Assembly: GCA_030390025.1 (NCBI GenBank) | Contig: CM059432.1 | Location: forward strand, 75,580,001 to 75,644,000 | Reading direction: 5' to 3' | DNA length: 64,000 nucleotides | Source: Squalus acanthias | Taxonomy: Eukaryota | Shown: piece after piece, positions 1 through 13,189 of the stretch | Numbering within the stretch: position 1 is the first letter of the stretch | Layout: every line of letters starts with the position of its first letter | Translations under genes and position numbers: made by a program | The notes under the pieces: generated by a model | Databases searched by the model: none | Seen by the model: the letters and a program-made list of their open reading frames with translations, nothing else | What the model was told of the DNA's origin: nothing

Positions 1-167
1 CTGTCACCGGCTTTCCCTTAATTGGCCTGCTAAGCCCGCAGAGCTGGCTTAACAAGGTCAATCAAGGGAAAATAGCGTGGGTTGGCCGGAAGTCGTTGGG
101 GGCGGGACTGAAACCCGACAACCAGCAGTCCCGCCCCCAACGCGTCCCCATTGATAAAATCCAGCCC
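1..167. mobile_element. End of non-autonomous Harbinger element (family A), truncated by window edge
   Basis: Ends in the TIR aaaatccagccc. Nearly collinear with 54041-54207 and with the reverse complement of 36710-36870. Abuts the ATAG of a CR1 3' tail. Confidence 0.85.
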
Positions 168-734
168 ATAGAATCATAGAATGGTTACAGCACAGAAGAA
201 GGCCATTCGGCCTGTCGAGCCCGTGCCAGCTCTCTGCAAGAGCATTTCAGCTAGTCCCACTCACCCACCCTTTTCCCTTAGCCCTGCAATTTTTTTTCCT
301 TCAGGTACTTATCCACCCTTTCAGGCAGTGCATTCCAGATCATAACCACTCGCTGCATAAAAAAGATTTTCCTCATGTCGCCTTTGGTTCTTTTGCCAAT
401 CACCTTAAATCTGTGTCCTCTGGTTCTCGACCCTTCCGCCAGTGAGAACAATTTCTCTCTATCTACTCTGTCTAGACCCCTCATGATTTTGAACACCTCT
501 ATCAAATCTCAACCTTCTCTGCTCGAAGGAGAACAACCTTAGCTTCTCGAGTCTATCCACGTAACTGAAGTCCCTCATCCCTGGAATCATTCTCGTAAAT
601 CTTTTCTGCACCCTCTCTAAGGCCTTCACATTTTTCCTAAAGTGCGGTGCCCAGAATTGGATACAATACTCCAGTTGAGGCCGAACCAGTGTTTTATAAA
701 GTTTCATCATAACTTCCTTACTTTTGTACTCTAT
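168..734 (-). mobile_element. CR1 LINE 3' end (ORF2 C-terminus, 3' UTR, (ATTCTATG)n tail)
   Basis: ORFs 459-710 (LYKTLVRPQLEYCIQFWAP) and 278-505 (RTRGHRFK, WNALP). Continues at 4990 beyond the Harbinger insertion. Confidence 0.93.
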
Positions 735-1263
735 GTGCTAGATTTTGCCAGGCCCGGGGAGGCGGGTTTGGAGGTATGTGAGGTGTTAAAATAGCAAAAA
801 ATGGCGGGCGGATCCGATCCCGCCTCCAACCCGCCTCTGAGCAATTTTCCAAAAAAGCGGCCTTTCAGACCCCGTTTCCATCCAGCCTCCAAGAGGCGGG
901 ATAGGCCCTTAAGGCCCTTAACAAGCACTTAATTGCCTCTATAATGCCATTTTGAGAGGCCTTTCTAACTTTAACACATTTCCCCCGTGCTGCACATCTC
1001 CTCTGGAACACGTCAGTTAATCCTGGCGGCCTCACAAGTGGATGGCTTACTAACAGCAGCAGCTCCACCATTACAAAGGACTTTTCAACACTGATCATTT
1101 GCAGGTGGCAGAACTTTGTTTTCTCAGGTCTGGGAGAACTTTTAGTAGGCATACTCATTGTGGAAGTTTTGAGGCTGAGATCCATCTGCAGTGTGACCTC
1201 CTGGGAAACCCCTCTCCCCACCTTGACTAAGCGCATTCCTCAACTGAGGTATATACCAGAAGC

Positions 1264-1330
1264 ATGGGAACCATTTATTTCCTTTCCTCCTGGACTTCAG
1301 ATTCGGACAAAGACCAGCAGCAGAACCCTG

Positions 1331-1361
<31 letters not shown>

Positions 1362-2507
1362 ACAGGAGCGCCAAGCTGCTGCTCAGCCACCTGAAGCTGC
1401 ACAGGCCAGAAGGCGCCAGCGCATGGAAGCATGTCGCCGCAGGAGATACCCACAAAACAGGGTTTACAGACAGAGGATGAGCTACCTCAATATGACTGAG
1501 CAGCAGTGCCAAAGGAGGCTCAGACTTTCGCGAGAGGTAGTGGGCGACATCTGCGCAATGCTGCAACAAGACCTGGAGCCCAGAGGAGCGGGTGGACACC
1601 CCTTACCAGTGGCCATCAAAGTCACCACCGCACTCAACTTTTTTGCTTCAGGCTCGTTCCAGGGATCATCAGCGGCATCTCCCAGTCAGCGGCACACACT
1701 TGCATCACGCAGGTAACCGATGTCCTCTTTGCCATCGCGCACAATTACATCAACTTCTCCAAGGATCAAGCCAGTGTAACCGCGCGTGCAGTTGGATTTG
1801 CTAATCTGGCAGGCTTTCCAAGGGTGCAGGGCGTCATTGACTGCACACATGTGGTCCTTAAGGCACCTCATCACAATCCAGGTATTTTTGTCAATTGCAA
1901 GGGCTTCCACTCTCTCAACGTGCAGCTGGTGTGTGACCACAAGAAGGAAATTTTGCATGTTTGCGCCAAGTACCCTGGAAGTTGCCATGACTCCTTCATC
2001 CTGCACCAGTCTAGTGTGCCTCCGCTCTTCAGTCCGCCAGACCAACATTTTGGATGGCTACTTGGAGACAAGGGCTATCCCCTGAAGACGTGGCTAATGA
2101 CGCTGTTGAGGAGGCCATCCAACGAAGCTGAGGAGAGCTACAACTCCAGCCACATTTCCACCAGATCCATAATCGAGCAAACCATCGGCTTGCTGATGAT
2201 GCGATTTAGATGCCGTGATAGATCAGGTAGAGCCCTGCAGTACTTAGCTGCCAGGGTCTCCAGAATCGTCGTGGTCTGCTGTGCACATCACAACATGGCA
2301 CAGCATCGTGGCTTGCAGATGCCTGAGGTAGAAGTGGCTCATCGCATACCCTCCTCAGATGAGGAGGAGGAGGAGGAGGAGAAGGAGGAGGAGGAGGAGA
2401 GCGACAACGAACAGCTTGCGGAGGCGCATCAACCAGCGGCAGCAGCACGCGAGCACATTGCTGCCCGGGATGCAAAGGACGCACTCATCTTGGCCAGAAT
2501 TGCTTAG
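1264..2507 (+). pseudogene. Harbinger DDE transposase (HARBI1-like) with one frameshift
   Basis: The N-terminus is in ORF 1264 (poly-[28 protein letters not shown]). It shifts near 1670 into ORF 1506-2507, which has [20 protein letters not shown] and a poly-E tail. Confidence 0.93.
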
Positions 2508-2762
2508 CCTGCCCAATCAAACACTTTTGCCTCGCACCTTCTTACCAGAGCATTGACAATGGCCAAGAACCTGCGGATTCCTATCACTCTGACCACCATA
2601 CTGACAATTGCAAGTCGCCCTAAGCCCTCAATGTGGAAGTCCCATTTGCGAAATGACACAGGTCACAACTTCAACAGTTTGCCATCAAGTTTTTTATCAC
2701 AAAGTCACGGATGGCTTTTCAAAAATAAACACAACAGAATACCCAAGTGACTACCCATGTGA

Positions 2763-4711
2763 CTACTTGTGCTTTATCTTCCTCTTATGCGTGCTCCTAT
2801 GTGGTGCTTCCCCTGTGGCTTCAGCAGATGTGGAGGCCCCTTGCTCACTTTCTTGCTGCTCCTGTCTCGACACCTTTGGCGGGCGACCTCTGAGGTTGCG
2901 AGCCTGTGAGGGCTCGGCAACAGTCTGCTGCTCCTGCGGCCGTGCAGGGGCTGAGACGCCCATCTCAGTTGGGTGAGGACTCTGATGGGGCTCTGTAGTG
3001 GCATGGTCATGTGAGCGCTTGGAGAGGAGCCCCCACTTCCTTGTTCTCTGCCACCAACATCCCTCTCATGGGTCAGCCCCACTTCAGAGCTAGCAAGTGG
3101 CTTGACAGCACCTTGCTGCACTTCAGGGGGGCCATGAGGACCTGTTTCTGCACTGGAAGTCCTACTCCAGAGGACTTCCATGAAGGTCTGGTTTCTCTGC
3201 TCAATAGCTGACCATCGCTCCTCAAGAGATGTCAGTCTATTCTGAACAATGGCCATGTTTTCAAGACCCTGGTGACTAAGCTCCTCCATGGCCATAGCCA
3301 TCCTCTCCTCTACTGTAGCCATCATTTCCACGGAGGTTGCCATCCTTTCCGTGGTGATGCGTTCATGCGCCAACGCCTCCACAAAAGTTCTGCTCATGTT
3401 AGCGATGGACTCCTCCATTCGCTCCACACTCGCAGCGACTCTGGAGACAAAACCTGACAGAGACTCTTGCACCTGTTCCTGAAGTTCCAGCACCGCTCTC
3501 CTTCTGGATGGACCCGAGGCACAGGGTCGACATGCAGCTGAGCCGAGCTGGGAGAGTCCTGCGCTCTCCGATGAGGACTCTCCACTGCTGTCCCTGTCTC
3601 CACCATCTGCTGATGCTCACTTGTGAGCTGTGATACACCAGGTGACAACTCTACTCTATCTCCCGAAGGTCCCACCGAGGTGTGAGTGTCTGCGCTGGTG
3701 CTGGGTGCACTTTATTCTGCTGACGCTGCGCCCTCAGAGGTTGCAGCTTCCTCTGAGGAGTCTGGGGGCTCAGGCTGTTCCTCCTGGACAGTGGGGAGGG
3801 TGTCTGTCAATGGTCCTGTGGGCGAGTAAAGGAAAGAGTTAGACATGAGATAAGCGTTGCATGCACATGGAATTGTGCAGATCATCATAAGTCAATCTGT
3901 TAGAGCATCAGAATCAATATCAGTCACTCATGCAATGTCAATGAGAGAGATGCAAAACTATTCTGTCACCAGCTTGCCCTGATGCGCCCGTCTGTCCGTC
4001 CCCCACTTGCGCATCCTCCTCGACTCCCACGATCTCCAGGGCCGCCTCCTCTGCAGTGGCAAGCTGGGCTATTGAGGGTAGCCTCCTCCTGTCCTCGCCC
4101 TCTCCCTCTTATTGTGGGCTCTCTTTTCCTGCAATGAGGGACACAAGTGGAGTTTGAGTGAGAATGAAGGAGTGAGTGTAGAGAATCCATAGCATAGATG
4201 CTTAGAAGGACACAAAGATGGAGTGAGGTGCCAAGACCAAGGGCCCTCCCTGTGTGTTGTAAGTTGTTGTCATTGCATCACAGTGATAGAGAGTGTGACG
4301 GCTGCATAGTCGAATATTTAAGTGAATGTGAACATACAGAGAGAGGGAATGGTTAAGGGTGCAGGGATGTAAGGGTGAAGTGGGATGTGGAGGAGGAGGT
4401 TGACAAAGCAGAGTGCTGGTGATGAGAGGTGATGGGGATCAGATTGAGGGTCATGGGGATGGAGTACTCACTTTTCCTGTGTGGAGAAAGTCATGAATCC
4501 TCCTTCTGCACTGCAGCCAGGTTCTGCTGCACATTGAAATGGCATTCACCTCCTGTGCCACTTGCAGCCACACAGCTTTGGTCTGTTGTGGAGGCTTTTT
4601 CCTCCCTGAGGAAGGAAAGAGCACTTCCTTATTCGCTCTTGCTCCCTCCACCAGAGCTTGGAGGGAGTTCTCATTGAATCGGGGTACACACTTTGTTCTG
4701 GTGCTGGACAT
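2763..4711 (-). pseudogene. Harbinger Myb/SANT-like (trihelix) DNA-binding gene, 3 exons, frameshifted
   Basis: Exon 1 is 4711-4472 (PRFNENSLQALVE...WLQVAQEVN...RTWLQCRRRIHD, donor gtgagt). Exon 2 is about 4128-3970 (EKRAHNKRERARTGGG). Exon 3 starts at about 3815 and has a coiled-coil-like region and a basic C-terminus (RGRPPK...KRKIKHK). Confidence 0.88.
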
Positions 4712-4989
4712 GGTTGCAGCAGGAATCCCTCAGAAGTATTATGCTAAAGTTGAAAGGCTGAAAAAGAACCAAGGCTGCTTGCAGACCTTAAATGCAGCTG
4801 CATAGATGATGTCATTGGAGGCGAGTTTCAGCATCAAAAGACTCATTGGTCCAGGGGTTCCCACATGCTGGCCAAATCAAAAGCCCAATTCGGGATCGCT
4901 CATTTGTTCCGCCTCACATCAGAGGCAGGGTCCGGACACGACGACCACCTGACACGCCCCCAGCCTGCCCCCATGACAAAATCCAGCCC

Positions 4990-5637
4990 TATGCCTCTAT
5001 TTATGAAGCCCAGGATCCCATATGCTTTTTTAACCGCTTTCTCAACCTGCCTTGCCACCTTCAACAATTTGTGCACATGTACCCCCAGGTCTCTCTGTTC
5101 ATGCACCCCCTTTAGAATTGTACCCTTTAGTTTATATTGCCTCTCCTCGTTCTTCCTACCAAAATGTATCACTTCACACTTTTCTGCGTTAAATTTCATC
5201 TGCCACGTGTCCGCCCATTTCACCAGCCTGTCTATGCCTTCTTTGAAGTCTATCACTCTCCTCCTCACTGTTCACTACACTTCCAAGTTTTGTGTCATCT
5301 GCAAATATTGAAATTGTGCCCTGTACTCCCAAGTCCAAGTCATTAATATATATGAAGAAAAGCAGTGGTCCTAGTACCGACCCCTGGGGAACACCACTGT
5401 ATAACTTCCTCCAGTTCGAAAAGCAACCGTTCACCACTACTCTCTGTTTCCTGTCACTTAGTCAATTTCGTATCCATGCTGCCAATGTCCCTTTTATTCC
5501 ATGGGCTTCAACTTTGCTGGCAAGCCTATTATGTGGTACTTTATTAAACGCCTTTTGGAAATCCATATACACCACATCAACCACATGGCCCTCATCAACC
5601 CTCTCTGTTACTTCATCAAAAAACTCGATCAAGTTAT
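4990..5637 (-). mobile_element. CR1 LINE RT region (5' part of the copy ending at 168)
   Basis: Motifs [24 protein letters not shown] and AYGILGFINRGI. Joins seamlessly to 734 once the Harbinger and one TAT are removed. Confidence 0.93.
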
Positions 5638-6290
5638 TGTGCACTCAGTGCTGTGAATAAATATTGAATGAAACCCTCATTTATCTTCAGTTTAAAAAAG
5701 CTGGTAATCTTTTTCAAAATTACACTTTTCCAAATTTATATTTGGACAGCTGTGATAGAAAATGGAAATCTTGCCTTGTGGATGGTTATGTATATTTATA
5801 ATTAAATTAGGTCCTATCTAGGTTTCTGTAACATTCAAAGTGGCCAACTAATTCCTTACTGTCTGGATTAACATTGAATACTTATTTTGATCTGGTGTTT
5901 AATTAAGAAGGTATAGTAAAGCGTGAAATGATGTATAGTGTGAGAGATGATGACCGAGCAAGTGTGACTGGGGGCTGTTGCAGCTGAGTAAACAAATAGG
6001 ATCCAGCTGGAACTCTACAATCTTCTGTTTCTATAGTGGATATTTTCATATGGTTGTATTTTAATACAGCTGAAAATGGTTTTATCACATTTTTAATCAC
6101 AGTGTCAATCCACCACCTGTGAACAACTCGATTTTAAATTACTGAAATTCACTTCAAAAAAATATATAAAACAATTTATATTGGGGTACAGTAGTCAGTT
6201 TCTTAGTAAATGAATGCAAAAATTACATTCAAAAACTTTAAAATGTACCTTTTAGTGTCCTTGCGCCCCCAAAAAAGCTTAATATTTGAA

Positions 6291-6537
6291 GGCCTGCAAA
6301 TGATGCAATTAGTGGAAACTCCCAGTAATGATTCATTCACCCTGAGGGTGTGGCCAATTTTGTGGGCGCGGCCTGATACAAGTGCAATGTGTTTAAAACT
6401 AGCGCAAAAGATCACGGAAACTTGCGTTGCGCTGAACACAAATTGCGCTTAAAATTCCACAATCTTTTGCGCCGATTACGTCGATTTTGGCCGCATTGCG
6501 CAGAAAAAACAGCGCAATTGAACAGAAACTCCAGGCC
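6291..6537. mobile_element. Probable small MITE
   Basis: CpG-rich island in AT-rich DNA, bounded by ggcctgcaaa and aactccaggcc. No clean TSD. Confidence 0.5.
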
Positions 6538-6695
6538 ATTGTTTTTAAATTTAGACTAATATTAGGAGGACTGTGCCTTAAGTTGTATTGTTCCATTCGA
6601 ATCAAAGCGTATTTGGATTTGCTGTGCAGAGTATTCACCTGAGAGAACATTGTGGTATTATTACTGACCCCTGAGAGAAAGGATCGTTTCCCAAT

Positions 6696-7205
6696 TACAA
6701 CAACAGCAACTTGCATTTATATAGCACCTTTAACGTAGCAAAATGTCCCAAGGTGCTTAACAAGGGCGTTATCAATAAAAACATTTTTGACACAGAGGAG
6801 ATATCAAGACAGATGGCCAAAAGCTTGGCCAAAGAGGTAGGTTTTAAGGAGCATCTTAAAGTATGAGAGAGAAGTCGAGAGGCGGAGAGATTTAGGGAGG
6901 GAATTCCAGAGCTTAGGGCCAAGGCAGCTGAAAGCACGGCCACCAATGGTGGAGCGCAAGATTCCAGAATTGGAGGAGTGCAGAGATTCCGAAGGCTTGT
7001 AGGGCTGGAGGAGGTTACAGAGATAGGGAGGGGCGAGGCCATGGAGAGATTCGAAAATAAGGATGAGGATATTAAAATTGAGGCGTTGACAGACCGGGAC
7101 CCAGTGTAGGTCAGCAAGCACAGGGGCGATAGGTGAACGATGAGTTAAGATATGGGCAGCAGCGTTTTGGATGAGCACAAGTTTATGTACGGTGGAAGAT
7201 GGGAT
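6696..7205 (-). mobile_element. L2-clade LINE 3' fragment
   Basis: ORF 6804-7178 (QNAAA..LHW.PV..HGLAPPYL..GGRAFS..P.LWNSLP..LKTYLF) followed by a (TTG)n-like tail. Confidence 0.88.
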
Positions 7206-7363
7206 TGTAACAAAAAAAGGGACATTGTAGATAGAAGTTTGAAGAAATCCTTTTTAAAGTGACAAAAAACGACTTCTGCTGGAGAAAAGCAATCAATTTA
7301 ATTCGCCAAAGTCTTTCCCAAGACTACAGCTGTAATTGGAAAAGGGAAAACGAACACCGTTAC

Positions 7364-8615
7364 AGGATGCATTGGTTGTCAGTTTCCAAAATTCCATAGA
7401 TTCTAGAACGGTTCCCGTGGATTGGAAGGTAGCAAATGTAACCACACTATTTAAGAAAGGAGGGAGAGAGAAAACGGGGAACTGCAGACCAGTTAGCCTG
7501 ACATCAGTAGTAGGGAAAATGCTAGAATCTATTATTAAGGACGTGGTAACAGGGCACTTAGAAAATAATAATAGGATTGGGCAGAGTCAACACAGATTTA
7601 TGAAAGGGAAATCGTGTTTGATGAATCTGTTAGAGTTTTTTGAGGTTGTAACTAGCAGAATAGATAAGGGGGAAGCAGTGGATGTGGTGTATTTGGATTT
7701 TCAGAAGGCATTCGATAAGGTGCCACACAAGAGGTTATTAAACAAAATTAGGGCTCATGGGATTGGGGGTAATATACTAGCATGGATTGAGGATTGGTTA
7801 ACGGACAGAAAACAGAGAGTAGGAATAAACGGGTCATTTTTGGGTTGGCAGGCTGTAACTAGTGGGGTACCCCAAGGATCAGTGCTTGGGCCTCAGCTAT
7901 TTACAATCTATATCAATGATTTGGATGAGGAGACCAAATGTAATATATCCAAGTTTGCTGATGATACAAAGCTGGGTGGGAATGTAAGTTGTGAGGAGGA
8001 TGCAAAGAGGCTTCAAGGGGATACAGACAAGCTAAGTGAGTGGGCAAGGACATGGCAAATGGAATATAATGTGGAGAAATGTGACGAAAAATAGAAAAGC
8101 AGAGTATTTTTTAAATGATGAGAGATTGGGAAATGTTGGTGTTCAGAGGGACCTGGGTGTCCTTGTACACAAATCATTGAAAGTTAACATGCAGGTACAG
8201 CAAGCAAATGGTATGTTGGCCTTTATTACAAGAGGATTTGAGTATAAGAGTAAAGACGTCTTACTGCAATTATATAGGGTCACAGAATATCACAGAATCC
8301 CCACAGTGCAGATAGAGGCCATTTCGGCCCATCGAGCCTGCACCGACACATATCCCTACCCTATCCCCTTAACCCCATGTATTTAATCCCCCCTAACACT
8401 AAGGGTCAATTTATCATAGCCAAATCAACCTAACCCGCACATCTTTGGACTGTGGGAGGAAACCGGAGCACTCGGAGGAAACCCACACAGACACGGGGAG
8501 AATGTGCAAACTCCACACAGACAGTCATCCGAGGCCAGATTCGAACCCGGGTCCCTGGCGCTGTGAGGCAACAGTGCTAACCACTATGCCACCGTGTGGT
8601 CCTGGTGAGACCACA
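7364..8615 (+). mobile_element. CR1 LINE RT fragment, interrupted near its end by a SINE
   Basis: ORF 7336-8094 has RT motifs ([20 protein letters not shown]). CR1 sequence resumes briefly (cctggtgagaccaca) after the SINE. Confidence 0.92.
8281..8601 (-). mobile_element. HE1-like tRNA-derived V-SINE
   Basis: The minus strand has a tRNA-like head with A and B boxes (ggtggcatagtggttagcactg...gggttcgaatc), a V-domain-like core (gtggagtttgcacattctcccc) and a CR1-like 3' tail. Confidence 0.85.
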
Positions 8616-9086
8616 TTATGCCAGAAAGTGCTGTGTGATATTATATTTGTAATTATTGTTTAAGCCTGATGCCTTGCTGTGTATTGACAAATAATTATTA
8701 GTGTTTGCATTAGCCTATGCAATTCTGGTCTTGAACTTGTTTCCACTATTTGGAGCAATTGCTGATGTAAAAATGCTCATCTGTAAAATCCAGTATTCAA
8801 TTTAACATAATTCGGTAAATTATTAGAGTTGAATCCCGTGACCTGTGAGGGTAGAGCTTATAAGGAGCACACTTTTGGATTGTGCATTTGTAGGGAGCAC
8901 TGTATGAATGTTGAAAGAGAAAATAGCACTTTAGAACTGTAACCTAGCACACCCTTAAATAATTCACTTCAATCTGGTACCTGATTTTGAGTAATGATTA
9001 TTCAGTTTCAGAGGTTTGAAAATTGTGGTAGATGAGATTTAGTGGTGATAACTTGGTGAGGAAATAAGTGGAATTGAACTTGTATC

Positions 9087-9329
9087 AACAATAACAACAA
9101 TAACAATTTGCATTTATATAGCGCCTTAAACATAGTAAAACAAAATTTGACACCGACCCACATAAGCAGATATCAGGACAGGTGACCAAAAGCTTGGTCA
9201 AAGAGGTAGGTTTTAAGGAGCATCTTAAAGGAGGAGAGAGATGTAGAGGGGCGGAGAGGTTCCGAGAGGGAATTCGAGAGCTTAGGGCCTAGGCAGCTGA
9301 AAGCACGGCCACCAATGGTGGAGCAATGG
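9087..9329 (-). mobile_element. L2 LINE 3' end
   Basis: Near-identical to 6700-6955, including the tail. Confidence 0.8.
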
Positions 9330-9519
9330 AGGAAGGGGTACATGGGATGGTGGCAGTGGGGGGATTGCTGCCCTCCCGTGACATACAGAATTCCAGTCCT
9401 GCTAGGTGGTGAGAGTGCTTCTCAATTGTTTCAATAGATCCTAAAGGGCAAGTAGTTTTTGTGGAAAATTATATTTTATGCCCTATAAGCTTCTAAATTG
9501 CTTTAAAATGTCTAGTGCT

Positions 9520-10468
9520 ATGTAATATATCCTAGTTTGCTGATGATACAAAGCTAGGTGGGAATGTAAGCCATGAGGAGGATGCAAAGAGGCTTCAAGG
9601 GGCTTCTCGACAGGCTAAATGAGTGGGCAAGAACATGGCAAATGGAATATGATGTGGAGAAATGTGAAGTTATCCACTTTGATAGGAAAAATAGAAAAGC
9701 AGAGTATTTTTTAAATGATGAGAGATTGGGAAATGTTGGTGTTCAGAGGGACCTGGGTGTCCTTGTATATGAATCACTGAAAGTTAACTTGCAGGTACAG
9801 CAAGCAATTAAGAAAGCAAATGGTATGTTGGCCTTTATTACAAGAGGATTTGAGTATAAGAGTAAAGACGTCTTGTTGCAATTATATAGGACTCTGATGA
9901 GACCACACCTAGAGTATTGTGTACAGTTTTGGTCTCCTTACCTAAGGAAGGATATACTTGCTATAGAGGGAGTGCAACAAAGGTTCACCAGACTAGTTCC
10001 TGGGATGGGGGATTGTCCTATGAGGAGAGATTGAGTAGACTAGGCCTATATTCTCCAGCATTTAGAAGAATGAAAGATGATCTCATTGAAACATACAAAA
10101 TTCTTACAGGGCTTAACAGGGTAGATGCAGTGCAAATGTTTCACCTGGCTGGGGAGTCTAGAACCAGGGGTCACAGTCTCCGAATAAGGGGTCGGCCATT
10201 TAGGACTGAGATGGGGGGGAAATTTCTTCACTCAGAGGGTGGTGAATCTTTGGAATTCTCTACCCCAGAAGGCTGTGGAGGCTCAGTCGTTGAGTATATT
10301 CAAGACAGAGATCAATAGATTGTGTGAATATTAAGGGAATCAAGGGATATGGGGATAGTGCAGGAAAGTGGAGATGAGGTAGGAGATCAGCCATGATCTT
10401 ATTGAATGGCGGAGCAGGCTCGAACAGCCAAATGGCCTACTCCTGCTTCTATTTCTTATGTTCTTGTG
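9520..10468 (+). mobile_element. CR1 LINE 3' fragment
   Basis: ORFs 9573-10034 and 9917-10318, followed by the 3' UTR and a ttcttatg tail. Confidence 0.92.
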
Positions 10469-10576
10469 TAAGCTTGTGTCAACTGTATTTGTAGATGCCA
10501 ATCATAATATGAGTTGAATATGTGTATAACTCAGCTTCTCAGTTTCTAAAAAGCATTTTCTTGTCTTTTCTCATAG

Positions 10577-10741
<165 letters not shown>

Positions 10742-11561
10742 TAAAGGAAACAAAATGCTAAACTCACTTTCTAGTAAATCACGTAAGCATGAATGTAGCA
10801 ATTATCTAGAAAAGTTTTATGTTTGACTTTCACTGATAAATTATGTTGCGCTTTCTCTCTTTCCTGTTCTCTAATTATTGCACACGACTTCCAGGCCAAG
10901 ATGGTAGCCAGGCAACCAGTTCCCAGATCTCAGCCAGTGGCTCGACAGTTGGTTGTATGACTGGTCCATGGTGACTCTTGCTCAGATTTTCTTCTATCTC
11001 TGTAGTGAAGCGCATGATCTCCATATTTCACCTCTCTCTTACTGGGTTCAGTAATCTGACGAATCACACATGTGAACCAGTGCTCTACAATTCTGTGGTA
11101 AAATGAGTTGCAGTGCCAACGTACTAAATTGCCTGCTACTCAAAATTACAGTAATGAACAATGGTAATATAATAGTGCTAACTAGAATCAGGCTGTACAA
11201 GGGATATGATATGCAGTTTTTGTTTGTTATGAACTATCAGTGGCTCTATAACAGAGGTCAAAGCCAAGCAAAGTTCTTTAGTGTTTTTGATTTTATTCTG
11301 AAACCAACAGAATGCTGAACTATCGAGTCAAAATGTAGAGCACAAGTCAGAGGAAGTCATGGTTAAAATGGTTAGCACTGTGATTGGAGTATCAGATCCA
11401 GTTCTTATCAGAGACACAAAGGGGACATTCAGACTCTGGTGGAAGACTGAGTTATGAGGAACAATTTGAGCACCTTGGGTATTATCTTTGAAAAGCAAAA
11501 TAGTAAATGGTATAGATAATGATGGAGTTTGGAAGACTGTTTCTAACTGAATCAAGACAGT

Positions 11562-12607
11562 GGGCAGGATTTTAACTTGGAGGCAGGTAGGGAGCAGGGG
11601 GGCGGGGAGTGGGTGGATTGAGGTCGGGAAAGCTGGGAGAGCAGGTTTCCCTCAGGCCCTGCCAAATTTAACAGCAGGGCCTGATTAACATTTTTTCCTC
11701 TCTTTTTCCCCTCTGCAGCCAACCAGATTGAGAGGCTGGGTGGCTGTCAGGTGGGTAGGCCTGTGGCACCAGGCCACAGTCGGGGAGCAGCGAGGGGAGA
11801 GGGAGGGATCGGAGGCCAGGATTGTGGAGGGTGGGTTGGAAAGCTGGGATCGGGGGGTGGTGGTCGGAGATCGGGGGGGTGTTGGAAGGCCAGGGTCAGA
11901 GATTGGGAGGGGTGGGGTGGGTGCGGGGTGGGGGCGGGGGGCCTGGTGGAAGGCCAGGATCGGAAGGGGTGAGAATGTTGGGATTGGGCAGGGGATGGTC
12001 AGAGATCAGGGGGCAGGTAGGGGCGGAAGGTCAGGTTCGGTGGGCCAGGGGCTGGCGGGGGGTGAATTAGGGGTTGGGGGAGGGTCGAGTAGCAGATGGC
12101 CAGAGGGGGGGCTAGGGGTTGGGGATCGGAAGGCCGGACTGGGGGTCGGGGGCCGGGGATCGGAAGGCCAGAGGGGGGATCGCAGATCGGAGGCCTCGTG
12201 GGGTGTGCAGGGGTGGTGGTGGACGGTCGGAGGCCAAGGGTGGGGGGGAGGCCGAGGGGAGATCGGAAGGGTTGGGGGAGGGGGGTGGTGGTGCCCAATT
12301 GCGGGGGGTTGGTGAGGCAGGAATGCTGGATCCAGCAGGTAAGTGGAAAGGCACATAATTCCTGGATTCAGCAGTCCTCGCTTTCGTTTAGTTGGTGGGT
12401 ACCCTGAGGCCTGGCAAACCTGGCAGCCCAGAGTTAAATTTAAAATGGAGATTCAGAATGAGGCATGCACCCCACCTCCCATCCCACGTCCATTAAAACC
12501 GGAAGTGGGCGGGTTGAAGGCGGGTTAGGGTCGGGATTCAGATTTCTACCACTTTAACCTCCCACCCGACGCAAACCCACCCATTTTTTGGGGTTAAAAT
12601 TCCCCCC
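11562..12607. mobile_element. G-rich non-autonomous Harbinger-type element (family B)
   Basis: TIRs are gggcaggattttaac and gttaaaattcccccc, with the 3-bp TSD AGT on both sides. The right arm is homologous to 47790-48108 and 52880-53210. Confidence 0.88.
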
Positions 12608-13189
12608 AGTCGGTCAGGCTTAAACTAGCAAAAAGCAAATTTAGCACTGAAGTCAGCAAGTCCTTTTTCACATAAAAGGAAAGAAATGAGTCTAGAAATT
12701 CAGGTGTTTAGCGCTGGCCGTTAAAGCCCGTTTTGAATGAAAAATAGCGGCTGCCTCACTTCTGCCCGCTTCTGGCAGGTCCCCTGGTGGACGCCATTTT
12801 GGGAATGTCGGCAGTGCTACCGATGCATGCGCTCGCTGCAGATATTTAGATTAGGCAGATCGTGACATCAGTGAGTGTGCAATGCAAATCTTGACGCCCG
12901 AACTGCCATTTTTGCCGTCGCTGCTCCACTTACTGCCTGTGTTAATTACGACCAGCTGACCAAGCGTTCACAAGCAGGAAGGAGCCCCCAGCAGCGCTAT
13001 TTAAAGGGATCATCTGCAACAACTTGCAGCTGACATGGTTTTTCAGCTTGACTGGCTCTGTGCAACTTTCTGCAACTCTTGAAGCTTTCTAAACTTGTTT
13101 CAAGTTCCTGAGGTCACAGAGAGTGTTGCTGCAAGTGGAGAACACTTTCATTCTCATTTAAAACTTCTGCTCACAACACTTGCTCAGTC

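Larger units (their letters stand above)
735..4989 (+). mobile_element. Full-length two-gene PIF/Harbinger DNA transposon (copy 1)
   Basis: TIRs are gtgctagattttg and caaaatccagccc. The 3-bp TSD TAT lies at 732-734 and 4990-4992. Carries convergent transposase and Myb/SANT genes and splits a CR1. Confidence 0.95.

Noticed and set aside
1264..2507. Host gene HARBI1
   Set aside because: It lies within TIRs and a TSD, is frameshifted, is paired with a Myb gene and has several paralogous decayed copies in the window. It is a transposon, not the domesticated gene.
8530..8601. tRNA gene
   Set aside because: It is the tRNA-derived head of a SINE, continuous with the SINE body and tail.
11728..12407. 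Gly/Pro-rich ORFs as independent proteins (also 26295-27047, 38151-38682, 52105-52689)
   Set aside because: They are stop-poor by-products of G-rich repeat composition and are open in several frames on both strands.
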